DNA from: an uncultured Allofournierella sp. | GTDB lineage: Bacteria > Bacillota > Clostridia > Oscillospirales > Ruminococcaceae | NCBI RefSeq assembly: GCF_944382705.1 | Contig: NZ_CALWNE010000046.1 | Strand: one strand, 5' to 3' | DNA length: 64,000 nucleotides | In this document: positions 52,900-63,200 of the stretch, piece after piece | Layout of the letters: every line of letters starts with the position of its first letter | Position numbering within the stretch: position 1 is the first letter of the stretch | Translations under genes and position numbers: made by a program | Notes under the pieces: generated by a model | Told to the model about the DNA's origin: nothing | The model's input: the letters and a program-made list of their open reading frames with translations, nothing else | Databases searched by the model: none

Positions 52900-53058
52900 T
52901 TGTCTTTTCTTTTATGATGCAGGATTGCCCTCCTTCATGGCCAGTATTGGAAATGAACCGGGCAAAATCCAAGCCTTGCAGCACAGGCGTGCCGCCCTGC
53001 CTGTTAGAGAAGCAGGCCTGTGCAGCAAGTCGTATCCAGTTCAGAAAGGAGCCGTTCC

Positions 53059-53679
53059 ATGCAGGATTACCGAACCCTACAGGGCACCAGTGTGGCTGAA
53101 ATTGAGGAAAAACGCAGCCGCTTTATTGCCAGTGCCAGCTTTGCCGATACCGAGGAAAAGGCCCTGGCCTTTTTAGAGCAGACTCGGGCAGCCAACCGAA
53201 CGGCTCGGCACAATGTTTATGCCTATGTACTGCGGCAGGATGGCCGAATGCGTTATTCGGACGATGGAGAGCCGGCCAAAACTGCTGGACTGCCGGTGCT
53301 GGAAGCCATTCAGCACGCAGGACTTACCGACTGCATTGTGGTGGTAACCCGTTACTTTGGCGGCACTCTGTTGGGAACCGGCGGATTGGTAAGAGCTTAT
53401 ACCGAAAGCGCCTCGCAAGCTTTGCAAGCTGCCAAAATTGTGACGGTTCGCAGCTGTGTAACGGTGGAGGTAACAGTGGATTACAGCTTGTATGAACGAG
53501 CAATGCTGTTGTTTGCAGAGGTAGGGGCTCGCATGGAGGAGCCGGTATTCACCGACCAGGTTTTTTTGAAGGGGACCATGCCCCAGGGAGCCGAAGCGCC
53601 CTTACTGCCTGCATTTCAGGAACTGACCAGGGGTGCAGTGGTTCCGGTGGTATCCCAGCCCTTTTATACGCCTTTTTAA
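53059..53679 (+). CDS. YigZ / IMPACT-family (UPF0029) protein
   Basis: MQDYRTLQG...EIEEKRSRFIASA..., ...ARHNVYAY..., ...SDDGEPAKTAG.P..., ...VVVTRYFGGTLLGTGGLVRAY. Confidence 0.85.
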   Translation: MQDYRTLQGTSVAEIEEKRSRFIASASFADTEEKALAFLEQTRAANRTARHNVYAYVLRQDGRMRYSDDGEPAKTAGLPVLEAIQHAGLTDCIVVVTRYFGGTLLGTGGLVRAYTESASQALQAAKIVTVRSCVTVEVTVDYSLYERAMLLFAEVGARMEEPVFTDQVFLKGTMPQGAEAPLLPAFQELTRGAVVPVVSQPFYTPF

Positions 53680-53779
53680 AAAATTTTTTCTCTTTTGAAA
53701 GTGTTTTAGCTCCTGTTCTCGTATATAGTATACAGATGGCTTTTTTGCTGCAAAATTTCTGAAAAAGGGGGCAGGCAGA

Positions 53780-54784
53780 ATGGAAACCATTCGGGAACAC
53801 ACCCAGCAGATTGAACAGCAGATTCTGGCACCCAGCGCAGCCCACAGTGCTGCCAGCCGGGGCAGGATGCGCCCAGAGGAACCTTGTCCCATCCGAACCT
53901 GCTACCAGCAGGATCGGGATAGAATCATTCACTGTAAATCCTTTCGGCGGCTCAAGCAAAAGACTCAGGTGTTTCTTTCGCCGGAAGGGGATCATTACCG
54001 CACTAGGCTTACCCATACCCTGGAGGTCAGCCAGATTGCCCGCACCATTGCCAGGGCACTGCGCCTGAATGAGGACCTTACCGAAGCCATTGCTCTGGGC
54101 CACGATTTAGGGCATACCCCCTTTGGACATGCGGGAGAGCGGGCGTTGAACCAGCTTAGTCCCCACGGCTTTCGACATTACCAGCAGAGTTTGCGGGTTG
54201 TGGATTGCCTGGAGCGGGAGTTTCAGGGCCTCAATCTTACCTGGGAGGTACGCAATGGCATTATCTGCCACACAAAAGGGGCCTGGCCTGCAACGCTGGA
54301 GGGGTGTGCGGTACGCTATGCCGACCGCATCGCCTACATGAACCATGATATTGAGGATGCCATCACTGCGGGGGTACTGCGGCAGGAACAGCTGCCACAG
54401 GAAGTGCGCCAGGTGCTGGGCGAGACCAAAAGCCAGCGCATTGCCACGCTGCTTTCGGACATGATTGCCAATGGAGTAGAGTGGGGCCTGCACTTCAGCC
54501 CGGCTGTGGACCAGGCCTATAACACACTGCATAGTTTTATGTATGCAACGGTGTATGTGGATAAGGTGGCCAAAAAGGAAGAAGATAAGGTGGATAACAT
54601 CATCGGTGCGTTGTATGAGCATTACAGCAACCAGCCGGCGCTTCTGCCCGAAGGCTTTTTGGCCATTGCATACCGGGAAGGCATTGATCGCGGTGTGATG
54701 GACTACATCAGCGGCATGAGCGATGCTTATGCAGTGCGTGTGTTTGAGGAATTGTTTGTGCCCCGAAAATGGCATATTTTGTGA
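53780..54784 (+). CDS. dGTP triphosphohydrolase-like HD-domain protein
   Basis: ...YQQDRDRIIHCKSFRRLKQKTQVF...DHYRTRLTHTLEVSQIAR...GHDLGHTPFGHAGE. Confidence 0.9.
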   Translation: METIREHTQQIEQQILAPSAAHSAASRGRMRPEEPCPIRTCYQQDRDRIIHCKSFRRLKQKTQVFLSPEGDHYRTRLTHTLEVSQIARTIARALRLNEDLTEAIALGHDLGHTPFGHAGERALNQLSPHGFRHYQQSLRVVDCLEREFQGLNLTWEVRNGIICHTKGAWPATLEGCAVRYADRIAYMNHDIEDAITAGVLRQEQLPQEVRQVLGETKSQRIATLLSDMIANGVEWGLHFSPAVDQAYNTLHSFMYATVYVDKVAKKEEDKVDNIIGALYEHYSNQPALLPEGFLAIAYREGIDRGVMDYISGMSDAYAVRVFEELFVPRKWHIL

Positions 54785-54798
54785 AGAAGGTGACAGCA

Positions 54799-55140
54799 AT
54801 GGGTATGGGATATGGAATGGAATTTCAAATAATTCCCTGGATTATTCGGCTGGGCGGATTGCTGGTTGTGGGAGTGCTGGTTTTTAACATCCTGGCCGGT
54901 TTGGTGCGGTGGTGCAAAAACAATGCATCCCCTATACTTACCATGGAGGCTCAGGTAGTGGCAAAGCGGGAATGGTGCAGCCACAACCGCCAGACACGCT
55001 ACTTTGCTACCTTTGAGGTGGAAAACGGAAAGAGGATGGAGCTTGCTCTTTCTGGCAGGGAATATGGTTTGCTGACCCAGGGAGACATGGGTACGCTAAC
55101 GGTTCAGGGAACCCGCTATAAGGGGTTTGAACGGCGCTGA
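54799..55140 (+). CDS. DUF2500-like small membrane protein
   Basis: N-terminal TM helix followed by ...ILTMEAQVVAKRE....RYFATFEVENGKRMELALSGREYGLLTQGDMGTLTVQGTRYKGFER. The start is uncertain (54769, 54799 or 54817). Confidence 0.6.
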   Translation: MGMGYGMEFQIIPWIIRLGGLLVVGVLVFNILAGLVRWCKNNASPILTMEAQVVAKREWCSHNRQTRYFATFEVENGKRMELALSGREYGLLTQGDMGTLTVQGTRYKGFERR

Positions 55141-55184
55141 ATGGAGCCCTGTTTATATTTTGGTAAAAGAAAGGAGAGGGTGCA

Positions 55185-56954
55185 GTGATTCCCCACGAAT
55201 ATCTGGAAGAACTGGTGCGTCGGTGTGATATCACCGATGTGGTTGGCAGTTATGTACAGCTGCGCCATCGGGGCCGTACCCCCACGGGATTGTGCCCCTT
55301 TCACAGCGAAAAAACCCCCTCCTTTGTGGTATACCCGGACACCCAGAGCTTTTATTGCTTTGGCTGCGGAGCGGGTGGCGATGTAATTACCTTTATTAAA
55401 AAAATCAACAATCTGGATTATGTGGAAGCAGTGAAATATCTGGCGGGCCGTGCCGGTATGCCCCTGCCAGAGGAGGACGACCAGGTAGGGCGGCTGAGAA
55501 GCCGGGTGCTGGCCATCAACAAGGAGGCCGCCCGCTTTTACTTTGAGCAGCTGAACGGAACCACACCCCAAGCCCAGCAGGCCAGAAGTTACTGGCGAGG
55601 GCGGGGGTTGAGCGATGCCACCATCCGGCGGTTTGGCCTGGGCTATGCACCGGATCAGTTTGGGGCAGCCTTGGACCATCTCAAGGCAAAGGGTTACACC
55701 ACCGAGGAGCTTTTGGCCTCCGGTTTGGTAAAGCGCAGTGAACGGGGCAACCTGTACGATGCGTTCCGCGGCCGGGTGATGACCCCTATTTTTGATTTGC
55801 GGGGCAATGTAATTGCCTTTGGCGGCCGGGTACTGGGAGACGAAAAACCCAAGTACATCAACAGCCCGGAAACACTGGTTTATAAAAAGAGCAAGGCCAT
55901 GTTTGCCCTGAATCTGGCCAAAAAGAGTACCAGCCGCAGGTATATTCTGTGTGAAGGATACATGGATGTAATCAGCCTGCACCAGGCAGGCTACGACACA
56001 GCGGTAGCCGCCTGCGGCACCGCCCTTACGGCGGACCAGGTGCGCTTGCTGGCAGAGTACGCCGATGAAGTGGTGCTTTGCTATGACTCGGACGAAGCAG
56101 GCCAAAAAGCCACAGCCCGCAGTTTGGAGCTGTTTGCAGAAAGCCCGGTGCGTGTATTGGTGCTGAACATCCCCAACGCAAAGGACCCGGATGAATTCAT
56201 TAAAAAATTTGGCAAGGATGCTTTTGACCGCTTGCTCAATGGCACCAGCAATGCCATTGAATATAAGCTGCAAAAGGTGCGCAAGCAATATGATATCACC
56301 CAGCCGGCCCAGCGGGCTGAATACATTAAACAGGCCATTCGGGTGCTGGCGGATAAAATAAGCCCCACCGAGCAGGATATCTATGCTGGGAGGTTGGCGG
56401 AGGAAACGGATGTTTCTAAAATTGCAATTTTAAACCAGCTGGAGGCGCTGAAAAAAAGCAACCAGCGCCGCCGCCAAAAGCAGCGGCAGCGGGAATTGCT
56501 GAACGAAGGACTGACAGCGGACATCCGCCTGCCCTACAATACCATGAACAGCGAAAAAGCCCTGGGAGTAGCCAGTGCAGAGCAGCAGCTGGTGGCAGCA
56601 ATGATTCGCAACCCGGAGTTTATTCCGCTGATTCAACAGCAGCTGGGCCCGGATGATTTTTTGATGGAGGATATGGGCAAAGCCTACGGTGCTATTCTTA
56701 CCTGCTGCCAGCAGGGAATGACACCGGATTTAACAAACCTGGCTCTCCGCCTGCCGGAGGAACTGATGAATCTGCTGGCTCGTTTGCTGGCCCGCAACTA
56801 CGATGTGGGCATTGGACGGCGGGATGTGGAAATGTACCTGGAGCGAATCCATAGCAACCGCCCGGTCAGCACCAGTGCAGCCCAGATGAACAATGACCAG
56901 CTGAACGATTACTTTGAGCAGCTGCGCCGCAAAAAGGGCGGGGGAGCTGAATAA
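55185..56954 (+). CDS. dnaG: DNA primase
   Basis: GTG start after AAAGGAGAGGG. Zinc finger ...GLCPFHSEKTPSFVVYPDTQSFYCFGCGAGGDVITF and a Toprim domain ...LCEGYMDVISLHQAG...CYDSDEAGQKA. Confidence 0.95.
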   Translation: MIPHEYLEELVRRCDITDVVGSYVQLRHRGRTPTGLCPFHSEKTPSFVVYPDTQSFYCFGCGAGGDVITFIKKINNLDYVEAVKYLAGRAGMPLPEEDDQVGRLRSRVLAINKEAARFYFEQLNGTTPQAQQARSYWRGRGLSDATIRRFGLGYAPDQFGAALDHLKAKGYTTEELLASGLVKRSERGNLYDAFRGRVMTPIFDLRGNVIAFGGRVLGDEKPKYINSPETLVYKKSKAMFALNLAKKSTSRRYILCEGYMDVISLHQAGYDTAVAACGTALTADQVRLLAEYADEVVLCYDSDEAGQKATARSLELFAESPVRVLVLNIPNAKDPDEFIKKFGKDAFDRLLNGTSNAIEYKLQKVRKQYDITQPAQRAEYIKQAIRVLADKISPTEQDIYAGRLAEETDVSKIAILNQLEALKKSNQRRRQKQRQRELLNEGLTADIRLPYNTMNSEKALGVASAEQQLVAAMIRNPEFIPLIQQQLGPDDFLMEDMGKAYGAILTCCQQGMTPDLTNLALRLPEELMNLLARLLARNYDVGIGRRDVEMYLERIHSNRPVSTSAAQMNNDQLNDYFEQLRRKKGGGAE

Positions 56955-57033
56955 AAACCATCTTCATTCCGTGCGTTATTGCACAGGGATTTTTATAACG
57001 CTATTTTGACCGATTCAGGAGGAAGTGCAAATT

Positions 57034-58281
57034 ATGGCAGAGAAAAAAATTACAATCCGTGAACTGATTGAAACCGGTAAACGGAACGGCAAGCTGACCA
57101 CCAAGGAAATCAATGATGCCATTGATGATACCGGCTTTGATGTGGAACAGATTGATAAGCTGTACGAAACACTGGAAAGCCACAATGTGGAAATTGTGGA
57201 TGAACCGAGCAGTGATATGGACAATTTCACCCTTACCGAGGACAGCGTGGATTTGTTCGAGAGTGCCCTGTCCGCCGAAGGCGTAGCCATTGATGACCCG
57301 GTGAAGGTTTACCTAAAGGAGATTGGCCGGGTGCCCCTGCTGAGCAGCGACGAGGAAATTCGTCTGGCACTGGAAATTCTGGACGGTGGCAAGGCGGTAG
57401 AGCTGAAACAGACCAAGTACCAGAAAATCTGGCAGATTGAGCACGACGAGGAGCTGAGCAGCGATGAGCGCCGTATCTGGCTGGCCAGCGAAAAGGACGC
57501 CCTGCCCACCGAGGATAAGATTGAGCTGCGCAATCTGGAAACTGCCATCCTGAAAGGGGAGAAGGCCAAGCAGCGCTTGAGCGAGGCAAACCTGCGTCTG
57601 GTGGTTTCCATTGCAAAGCGTTATGTGGGCCGTGGCATGCAGTTTTTGGATTTGATTCAGGAAGGCAACCTGGGCCTGATTAAAGCGGTGGAAAAGTTTG
57701 ACCACACCAAGGGCTTTAAATTCTCCACCTATGCTACCTGGTGGATTCGGCAGGCTATTACCCGTGCCATTGCCGACCAGGCCCGTACCATTCGTATCCC
57801 GGTGCACATGGTGGAAACCATCAACAAGGTAAAGAAGGTTTCCAGCCAGCTGCTGCACCAGAACGGTCATGAGCCCACCGCCGACGAAATCAGCGAGGCG
57901 CTGGATATGCCGGTGGAAAAGGTGCGGGAAATCATGCGGGTAGCTCAGGAGCCTGTGAGCCTGGAAACTCCCATTGGTGAGGAGGAGGACAGCCACCTGG
58001 GCGACTTCATCCCCGACGAGGATGCACCTGTGCCAGCCGAGGCTGCTAGCCACACCCTGCTGAAAGAACAGCTGTCCAGCGTGCTGCAAAGCCTGACCCC
58101 CCGTGAGGAAAAGGTTCTGCGCCTGCGCTTTGGCCTGGAGGACGGCCGTCCCCGTACCTTGGAGGAGGTAGGCCACGAGTTTGAGGTAACCCGTGAGCGT
58201 ATCCGCCAGATTGAAGCCAAGGCACTGCGCAAGCTGCGCCATCCCAGCCGCTCCAAAAAGCTGCGGGATTTCCTGGATTGA
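57034..58281 (+). CDS. rpoD: primary RNA polymerase sigma factor
   Basis: ...[16 protein letters not shown]..., ...[39 protein letters not shown]...[20 protein letters not shown]..., ...[30 protein letters not shown]. Confidence 0.95.
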   Translation: MAEKKITIRELIETGKRNGKLTTKEINDAIDDTGFDVEQIDKLYETLESHNVEIVDEPSSDMDNFTLTEDSVDLFESALSAEGVAIDDPVKVYLKEIGRVPLLSSDEEIRLALEILDGGKAVELKQTKYQKIWQIEHDEELSSDERRIWLASEKDALPTEDKIELRNLETAILKGEKAKQRLSEANLRLVVSIAKRYVGRGMQFLDLIQEGNLGLIKAVEKFDHTKGFKFSTYATWWIRQAITRAIADQARTIRIPVHMVETINKVKKVSSQLLHQNGHEPTADEISEALDMPVEKVREIMRVAQEPVSLETPIGEEEDSHLGDFIPDEDAPVPAEAASHTLLKEQLSSVLQSLTPREEKVLRLRFGLEDGRPRTLEEVGHEFEVTRERIRQIEAKALRKLRHPSRSKKLRDFLD

Positions 58282-58312
58282 TTTCTAACACCATACAAGG
58301 GAGCGTTGGATT

Positions 58313-58609
58313 ATGATGCAGAATTGGAATGTGGACGAAAGCAAGCTGAAAAAACAGCAGGAGGAACTGAAGGCTTCCATGGTGTTTTCCTATGTAGGCC
58401 ATGGCCCCAAGGCAACCGGCTTTTTTGCCAAGGAATTCAAGCGCAAACCAGGCCTGTATGCCCGGTGCACCCAGTGCGGCTGTTATATACCGCTGGATGC
58501 CCGTGGCGAAGAACAGTGCATCTGCGGTAATCTCCGCCGCACCGAGCGAGAATTCCGTCATGAGCTGCCGGCCGAGGAAATTGAGATTTTCAAGGGGCAT
58601 AAGCGATAA
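58313..58609 (+). CDS. small Cys-containing hypothetical protein (possible zinc ribbon)
   Basis: 98 aa with coding-like composition. CTQCGC...CIC arrangement. Lies 31 nt after rpoD and before a strong terminator. Confidence 0.5.
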   Translation: MMQNWNVDESKLKKQQEELKASMVFSYVGHGPKATGFFAKEFKRKPGLYARCTQCGCYIPLDARGEEQCICGNLRRTEREFRHELPAEEIEIFKGHKR

Positions 58610-58702
58610 AATACCATCTGTTCTATGTCCGGCGTCCTGTGGATTGGATGTGCCGGCCCAATAGAACCTGCAAGCACAATACGAAAGCGACCCCGGCATC
58701 AT

Positions 58703-58742
58703 CGGCGGCGCTCCCACGAGGGAGTGCTGCCGATTTTTTTGT
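58703..58742 (+). terminator. rho-independent terminator closing the dgt-dnaG-rpoD operon
   Basis: cggcggcgctccc-acga-gggagtgctgccg followed by TTTTTTT. Confidence 0.85.
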
Positions 58743-58936
58743 TTGGTGCACAAGCAAAATGCCTTGCGCAATTTTAGCAAGTATGATATCCTGTTAAAGC
58801 TGCCCCTGGCAAGAGATTTGCAAGGGGTGTTGCTGAATTGGTTAGATTGGAAACGATACATGAGTGCTTCGGGCGCCCTCTGATAACGAACAACACAATT
58901 CCTGATTTTGAAAAAGATTAAGAGGAGTGTTTCCCG

Positions 58937-59413
58937 ATGCCGAAAACAAAACTGCAAAATGTGATTTTTACCGCAGCCATGGCCTTTGTAATGGTGTATG
59001 GCATGGTGTGTTACAATGTTTCGCTGGCGGTGGGCGGTATGTCCAACCAGGTGTTTTTGATGGCTTTTGGCGAACTGGTGGTTTTGTGGCCTGTGGCCAT
59101 TGTATTGGAATTGTTTCTAGTGGAACGGCTGGCGCAGAAGTTGGCGTTTCGTTTGTTTACCCCTGGGCAGGATAAGCCGGTGTTTATTTTGCTGGCCATT
59201 TCCTCCTTTATTGTCTGCCTGATGTGCCCGCTCATGAGCTTGATTGCCACAGTGCTGTACAAGCATGCAGGGGCAGAGCTGGTGGCCGCCTGGATTCAGA
59301 CCACGGTGCTTAACTTTCCCATGGCACTGTTCTGGCAGCTGGTGGTAGCCGGTCCGCTGGTGCGGCTGGTGTTTGGCTGGGCTGCATCTAAGATAGAGCG
59401 AGTTTCTGCTTGA
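58937..59413 (+). CDS. DUF2798-like membrane protein
   Basis: MPKTKLQNVIFTAAMAFVMVYGMVCYN..., four TM helices, 158 aa. GAGGAG RBS. Confidence 0.65.
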   Translation: MPKTKLQNVIFTAAMAFVMVYGMVCYNVSLAVGGMSNQVFLMAFGELVVLWPVAIVLELFLVERLAQKLAFRLFTPGQDKPVFILLAISSFIVCLMCPLMSLIATVLYKHAGAELVAAWIQTTVLNFPMALFWQLVVAGPLVRLVFGWAASKIERVSA

Positions 59414-59425
59414 GTACTTTGTGGT

Positions 59426-59467
59426 AAAACCGCTGCCGGCGACCCGACCGGCGGCGGTTTTCTTTTG
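59426..59467 (+). terminator. rho-independent terminator after the DUF2798 gene
   Basis: aaaaccgctgccgg pairs with ccggcggcggtttt, followed by cttttgg. Confidence 0.75.
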
Positions 59468-59475
59468 GGATGGAT

Positions 59476-59504
59476 TTGACAAAAGAAACATTTACTGATA
59501 TAGT
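59476..59504 (+). promoter_or_regulatory. promoter of the Rrf2 regulator (TTGACA-17-TATAGT)
   Basis: Hexamers at 59476-59481 and 59499-59504. Confidence 0.6.
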
Positions 59505-59576
59505 TTAACTAGATTTTTAAAGTGTAGTTTTGGCTGAGCAGCTGCTCTGCCGTAAAAAGAAAGGAACTATGCAGCT

Positions 59577-59993
59577 ATGCATATTACACAGGAATCCGAC
59601 TATGCCGTTCGCATCATTTACTGTTTGGCAAAAACACAGCGGCGCATGGATGCCCGCTCAATCAGCGAGGAGATGCATGTCTCGCTGCGGTTTGCCCTTA
59701 AAATTTTGGGCAAGCTGGTGAGCAGCGGCATTGCTGTGAGCTATAAAGGTAACCGGGGCGGCTACGAACTGGCCCGCCCTGCGGAGGAAATCAGTTTGCT
59801 GGATGTTATCTCTGCTGTGGAAGGGCCGTATAGCCTTTCTCGCTGTTTGCAGGATTGCGAGGAGTGCAACCGTGGTGCGTCTGGCCTGTGTGCTTTTCAG
59901 GCAGTGTACCGGCGCATCAGCCAGCAGGTGAACCAGGAATTGGCAGGGGTATCCTTTGCGCAGATGGTTCAGGAGAGCTGCGAAAACCAGTAA
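59577..59993 (+). CDS. Rrf2-family transcriptional regulator with C-terminal Cys ligands
   Basis: MHITQESDYAVRIIYCLAK... wHTH ...SISEEMHVSLRFALKILGKLVSSGI..., Cys cluster ...SRCLQDCEECNRGASGLCAF. Confidence 0.85.
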   Translation: MHITQESDYAVRIIYCLAKTQRRMDARSISEEMHVSLRFALKILGKLVSSGIAVSYKGNRGGYELARPAEEISLLDVISAVEGPYSLSRCLQDCEECNRGASGLCAFQAVYRRISQQVNQELAGVSFAQMVQESCENQ

Positions 59994-60006
59994 TTAAACC
60001 ACACCG

Positions 60007-60039
60007 ACCCGGGCGTATCAAGCCTGGGTTTCTTTTTTT
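60007..60039 (+). terminator. rho-independent terminator after the Rrf2 gene
   Basis: acccgggc pairs with gcctgggt, followed by ttcttttttt. Confidence 0.6.
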
Positions 60040-60059
60040 ACAAAATGCCGAAAAATGGC

Positions 60060-60088
60060 TTGACACTGGGCTTTTTAGGCGGTATACT
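60060..60088 (+). promoter_or_regulatory. near-consensus sigma-A promoter upstream of rpoB (TTGACA-17-TATACT)
   Basis: TTGACA at 60060-60065 and TATACT at 60083-60088. About 160-nt leader before ATG 60254. Confidence 0.65.
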
Positions 60089-60253
60089 CTTGTAGTATAG
60101 CATAATTGGAATAACACGCCCTAAAAGCAGAAGCATGTACAAAAAGCGGGTGAAAGTTTGTGAAAGATGCACAAAATTTCATCGAACAAGCGGAAGCCCC
60201 ACAAGCGTGCCCCCAACAATGTATAAGAAACAGGATAGGAGTGGAAGCTTTTT

Positions 60254-63200
60254 ATGATGAAGGTCAAGCCTGTGAACCTTGGCAAAACCGAAAGAATGAG
60301 CTTTTCCCGGATTGATGAGGTCATCACCATGCCCAACCTCATCGAGGTTCAGAAGAACTCGTACCGCTGGTTTTTGGACGAGGGCCTGAAAGAGGTATTC
60401 CGGGACATTGCCACCATTGAGGATTTTACCGGCAATCTGGCATTGGAGTTTGTGGATTACCATCTGGGTGAGCCTAAATACAGCATCAAGGAGTGCAAGG
60501 TGCGCGATACCACCTATGCTGCCCCTCTGCGTGTAACGGCCCGCCTGCTGAACAAGGAAACCGGCGAGGTAAAGGAGCAGGAGATCTTCATGGGCGACTT
60601 CCCGCTCATGACCGATGCAGGCACCTTTATCAACAACGGCGCCGAGCGTGTTATCGTCAGCCAGCTGGTTCGCAGCCCTGGTGTGTACTTTGGCTCCAGC
60701 TACGATAAGACCGGTAAGAAATTGTTTACCGCAACCATGAACCCCAACCGGGGCGCATGGCTGGAGTATGAAACCGACTCCAACGATGTGTTCTATGTGC
60801 GCATCGACAAAAACCGCAAACTGCCTGTAACCGTTCTGCTGCGTGCCTTGGGCATGGGCAGCGATGCCCAGATTCGGGAGTTCTTTGGCGAGGATGAGCG
60901 CATTCTGGCCACCCTGGAAAAGGACACCACCCACAACGAAGAAGAGGGCCTGCTGGAGACCTACCGCAAGCTGCGTCCCGGCGAGCCTCCCACCGTGGAA
61001 AGTGCTCAGACCCACCTGAACAATCTGTTCTTTGACCCCCGCCGGTACGATATGTCCCGGTTTGGCCGGTACAAGATGAACAAAAAGCTGGCTCTGGCCC
61101 GCCGTATCACCGGTTTTGTGGCTGCCCGTGACATTGTGGCACCCCTCACCGGCGAACTGATTGTGGCTGCTGGCGAAAAAATCACCCGTGAGCTGGCCGA
61201 AGAGGCAGAGGCAGCAGGTGTATCCGTAGCATTCGTGACTGTGGATGACCGTGAAATTAAGGTTATCACCAACGGCACTGTGGATGCACAGAACTTCTTC
61301 ACCTTTGATGTAGCCGAGTGCGGCATCAATGAGCGTGTAAACTTCGCTGAGCTGAAGGCTATTCTGGAGGCTACTCTGGACGAGGAGGAGCAGAAGGAAC
61401 TGCTCATCAAGAACCACGATCGCCTGATCAGCAAAACTGTCACCCTGGATGACATCTTCTCCTCCATCAACTACCTGAACGGCCTGGATCACGGCGTAGG
61501 CGTAACCGATGATATCGACCATCTGGGCAACCGCCGTATCCGCAGCGTGGGTGAGCTGCTGCAGAATCAGTTCCGTATCGGCTTCAGCCGTATGGAGCGT
61601 GTCATCCGTGAGCGTATGACCCTGCAGGCTCAGGACATGAACGAGGCTACTCCCCAGAGCCTCATCAACATCCGCCCTGTGGTGGCTGCCATCAAGGAAT
61701 TCTTTGGTTCCAGCCCCCTGTCTCAGTTCATGGACCAGAACAACCCTCTGGCCGAGCTGACCCACAAGCGCCGTCTGTCAGCTCTGGGCCCTGGCGGTCT
61801 GAGCCGTGACCGTGCCGGTTTCGAGGTGCGTGACGTACATTACAGCCACTACGGCCGCATGTGTCCCATCGAGACTCCCGAAGGTCCCAACATCGGTTTG
61901 ATTTCCTACCTGGCAAGCTTTGCCCGCATCAACGAGTATGGCTTCATCGAGGCTCCCTACCGCAAGGTGGACAAGGAGCGGGGCGTTGTAACCGACGAAG
62001 TGGTCTACATGACTGCGGATGTTGAGGACGAGTTTGTGGTGGCCCAGGCCAACGAGCCTCTGGATGAGGAAGGCCGTTTCACCAAGGTTCGTGTAAACGC
62101 TCGGCGCCGTGACGAGATTCTGGAAATCGAGCGGGAACGGGTAGATTACATGGACGTAAGCCCCAAGATGGTTGTGTCCGTGGCAACTGCCATGATTCCC
62201 TTCCTGGAAAACGACGACGCCAACCGTGCTCTGATGGGCGCCAACATGCAGCGTCAGGCTGTGCCCCTGCTGGTGACCCAGCAGCCCATTGTGGCAACCG
62301 GTATGGAATACAAGGCTGCCTGCGATTCCGGCGTGTGTGTACTGGCTCGCAACCCCGGCGTGGTAGAGCGTGTGGATGCCGATAAGATTGTAGTTCGCAC
62401 CAGCAAGACCACCACCGACGAGTACGAGCTGATTAAGTTTATGCGCTCCAACCAGGGCACCTGTGTAAACCAGCGGCCCATTGTTTCCAAGGGCGAGGAA
62501 GTAAAGGCTGGCCAGGTGCTGGCTGACGGCCCCGCTACCAAGAATGGCGAAATCAGCTTGGGTAAGAACGCCCTCATCGGCTTCATGACCTGGGAAGGTT
62601 ACAACTACGAGGACGCCGTTCTCATCAACGAAAAGATTGTGCGTGAGGATGTTTACACCTCCATTCACATCGAGGAATACGAGACGGAAGCCCGTGAGAC
62701 CAAGCTGGGACCTGAGGAAATCACTCGCGACATCCCCAACGTGGGCGAGGAAGCCTTGAAGGATCTGGACGAACGGGGCATCATCCGCATTGGTGCCGAG
62801 GTAAAGGCAGGCGATATCCTGGTTGGTAAGGTCACCCCCAAGGGCGAGACCGAGCTGACCGCCGAGGAGCGTTTGCTGCGTGCCATCTTTGGTGAGAAGG
62901 CCCGTGAAGTGCGTGATACCTCTCTGCGTGTACCCCATGGTCAGTACGGCATCATCGTGGATGTGAAGGTATTCACCCCCGAAAACTGCGATGAGCTTCA
63001 GCCCGGCGTTCGTCAGGTAGTACGCTGCTACATTGCCCAGAAGCGCAAAATCAGCGTGGGCGATAAGATGGCTGGTCGTCACGGTAACAAGGGTGTTGTA
63101 TCCCGCATTCTGCCTCAGGAGGATATGCCCTTCCTGGCAGACGGTACTCCGCTGGATATCGTGCTGAACCCCCTGGGCGTTCCCTCCCGTATGAACATCG

